Positions 63,025 through 64,000 of a DNA stretch of 64,000 nucleotides are shown one piece after another. The translations under genes and the position numbers were made by a program. Below the pieces are notes generated by a model that saw nothing but the letters and a program-made list of their open reading frames with translations, was not told where the DNA came from and did no database searches. Each line of letters starts with the position of its first letter. Within the stretch, counting starts at the first letter, position 1. The stretch is from Candidatus Marinacidobacterales bacterium. Its GTDB lineage: Bacteria; Acidobacteriota; Vicinamibacteria; Marinacidobacterales; SMYC01. The DNA lies in contig CBDCYI010000011.1 in NCBI GenBank assembly GCA_965224085.1, positions 992,001-1,056,000 of the forward strand, read 5' to 3'.

Positions 63025-63564
63025 GTGAACAACCACCGCCTAGAAGGCGGTGGCTTCAAGGGCTGTCAATTGGAAATTGACTGTCGTCGTGAAGAGGCTC
63101 GCCATCCTGGGAGTCTATGTACTCCTTTACCATCTCGTCCGTTATGCTTCCTGAACTCACCGCCAGATATCCTCGGGCCCAGAAGTGCCGGCCCCAAAAC
63201 TTCTTCCTCAGGTGAGCAAACTCCTGAAGGAGTACTCGGGAGCTTATTCCTTTTAGCCACTGCACGATCGTACTCAGGTCCTGGTGTGGTCGGTAGGATA
63301 CGAACACGTGGACGTGGTCGCGTGCAACCTTACCCGAGATTATGTGCAGCTCATGTTCCATCGCGATCTGACGAATCAGATCGCGCACACGAACCGCTAC
63401 TGGACCGATCAAAACCTTTTTACGGTATTTCGGTATCCAAACGATGTGCGCTTTTAGGTCCGTTTTCGTGTGCGCTCCGTGCCTGTAGTGACGCACGCGA
63501 CCACAATACCACGATCTTCTCTTCGCCTAAAGGCGAGGGGTTTCGACCATCCCCGGAAGAGACA
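63025..63564 (-). mobile_element. IS200/IS605-family element, copy B (540 bp)
   Basis: Inverted copy of 1208-1747; target TTAG includes the stop codon of the upstream gene. Confidence 0.92.
63056..63496 (-). CDS. tnpA: IS200-type Y1 transposase TnpA
   Basis: Protein identical to 1276-1716. Confidence 0.95.
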   Translation of the reverse strand: MRHYRHGAHTKTDLKAHIVWIPKYRKKVLIGPVAVRVRDLIRQIAMEHELHIISGKVARDHVHVFVSYRPHQDLSTIVQWLKGISSRVLLQEFAHLRKKFWGRHFWARGYLAVSSGSITDEMVKEYIDSQDGEPLHDDSQFPIDSP

Positions 63565-64000
63565 CTAATTTCGATACTTTCCGAGGACCGGCCGCCCTGG
63601 AAAGGCGCCCTCCACGGTCATCCCGTCCCGCACGACGAAAGTGCCGTTCACGAGCACGTGCGGGATACCGTTGGCAAAGCTGAGCTCCTTGCCGAAATCT
63701 GCCGTGTCGATGATGGTGGCGGGATCGAATATCGTTAGGTCTGCGTCACATCCGATTTGAATGCGGCCCTTGAGCCGCATCCCGGGCGCTACCGGATCGA
63801 GCCGCTCCGCTGGCATTAGCGTCATCTTGCGAAGCGCGTCCATGAGCGAGAGAACTTTGCGCTCGCGCACATAGCGGCCGAGAACACGTGAGAACGTCCC
63901 TGCCGAGCGAGGATGGGCGAGCGGCGCGTAAGGCATACCGTCGGACGCGATCAACGTAAACGGCGCGCGCATGCCCGCGTCGATCCAGGCGTCTTTCATC
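63565..64000 (-). CDS. D-aminoacylase/amidohydrolase-family protein, C-terminal part
   Basis: IASDG, HPRSAGTFSRVLGRYVRE, KGRI..G.DADL.IFDP, VLVNG; truncated by window edge. Confidence 0.85.
   Translation of the reverse strand, partial: MKDAWIDAGMRAPFTLIASDGMPYAPLAHPRSAGTFSRVLGRYVRERKVLSLMDALRKMTLMPAERLDPVAPGMRLKGRIQIGCDADLTIFDPATIIDTADFGKELSFANGIPHVLVNGTFVVRDGMTVEGAFPGRPVLGKYRN

Overview
GC-rich bacterial chromosomal segment; gene content and synteny suggest an Acidobacteriota (Vicinamibacteria-like) genome, which is an inference. It carries two type IVa pilus clusters (pilMNOPQ followed by two lipoproteins, a TPR protein and a roadblock/MglC-like protein; and pilB-pilT-pilC-pilS-pilR-pilD-histidine kinase, with an NtrC-type regulator and a PilW-like minor pilin nearby). 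These are interleaved with housekeeping genes (accBC, thiE, folD, coaE, lapAB, kdsCDA-pyrG-kdsB, argF-like, menG/ubiE, aroB, pcm, tatBC, ctpA) and followed by a catabolic tail (mmuM, xylB, arylsulfatase, PQQ dehydrogenase, DUF3500, D-aminoacylase). Mobile DNA: three near-identical IS1634-family copies (two complete at 2003 bp, one cut by the window edge), two 540-bp tnpA-only IS200/IS605 copies plus a scrambled third one, and a 190-bp TTAA-flanked MITE. The main pattern is selective decay of pilus and signalling genes (pilB, pilT, pilS, a histidine kinase, a pilQ-operon lipoprotein, a TPR lipoprotein, and a MinD/FlhG-like ATPase hit twice by IS), while housekeeping genes are almost all intact. 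This co-decay points to uncharacterised genes, especially the MinD-like ATPase plus J-like/HTH pair, as possible members of a pilus/polarity module. No CRISPR array, rRNA or tRNA was seen. I cannot establish a wholly new system from sequence alone; the findings are leads.
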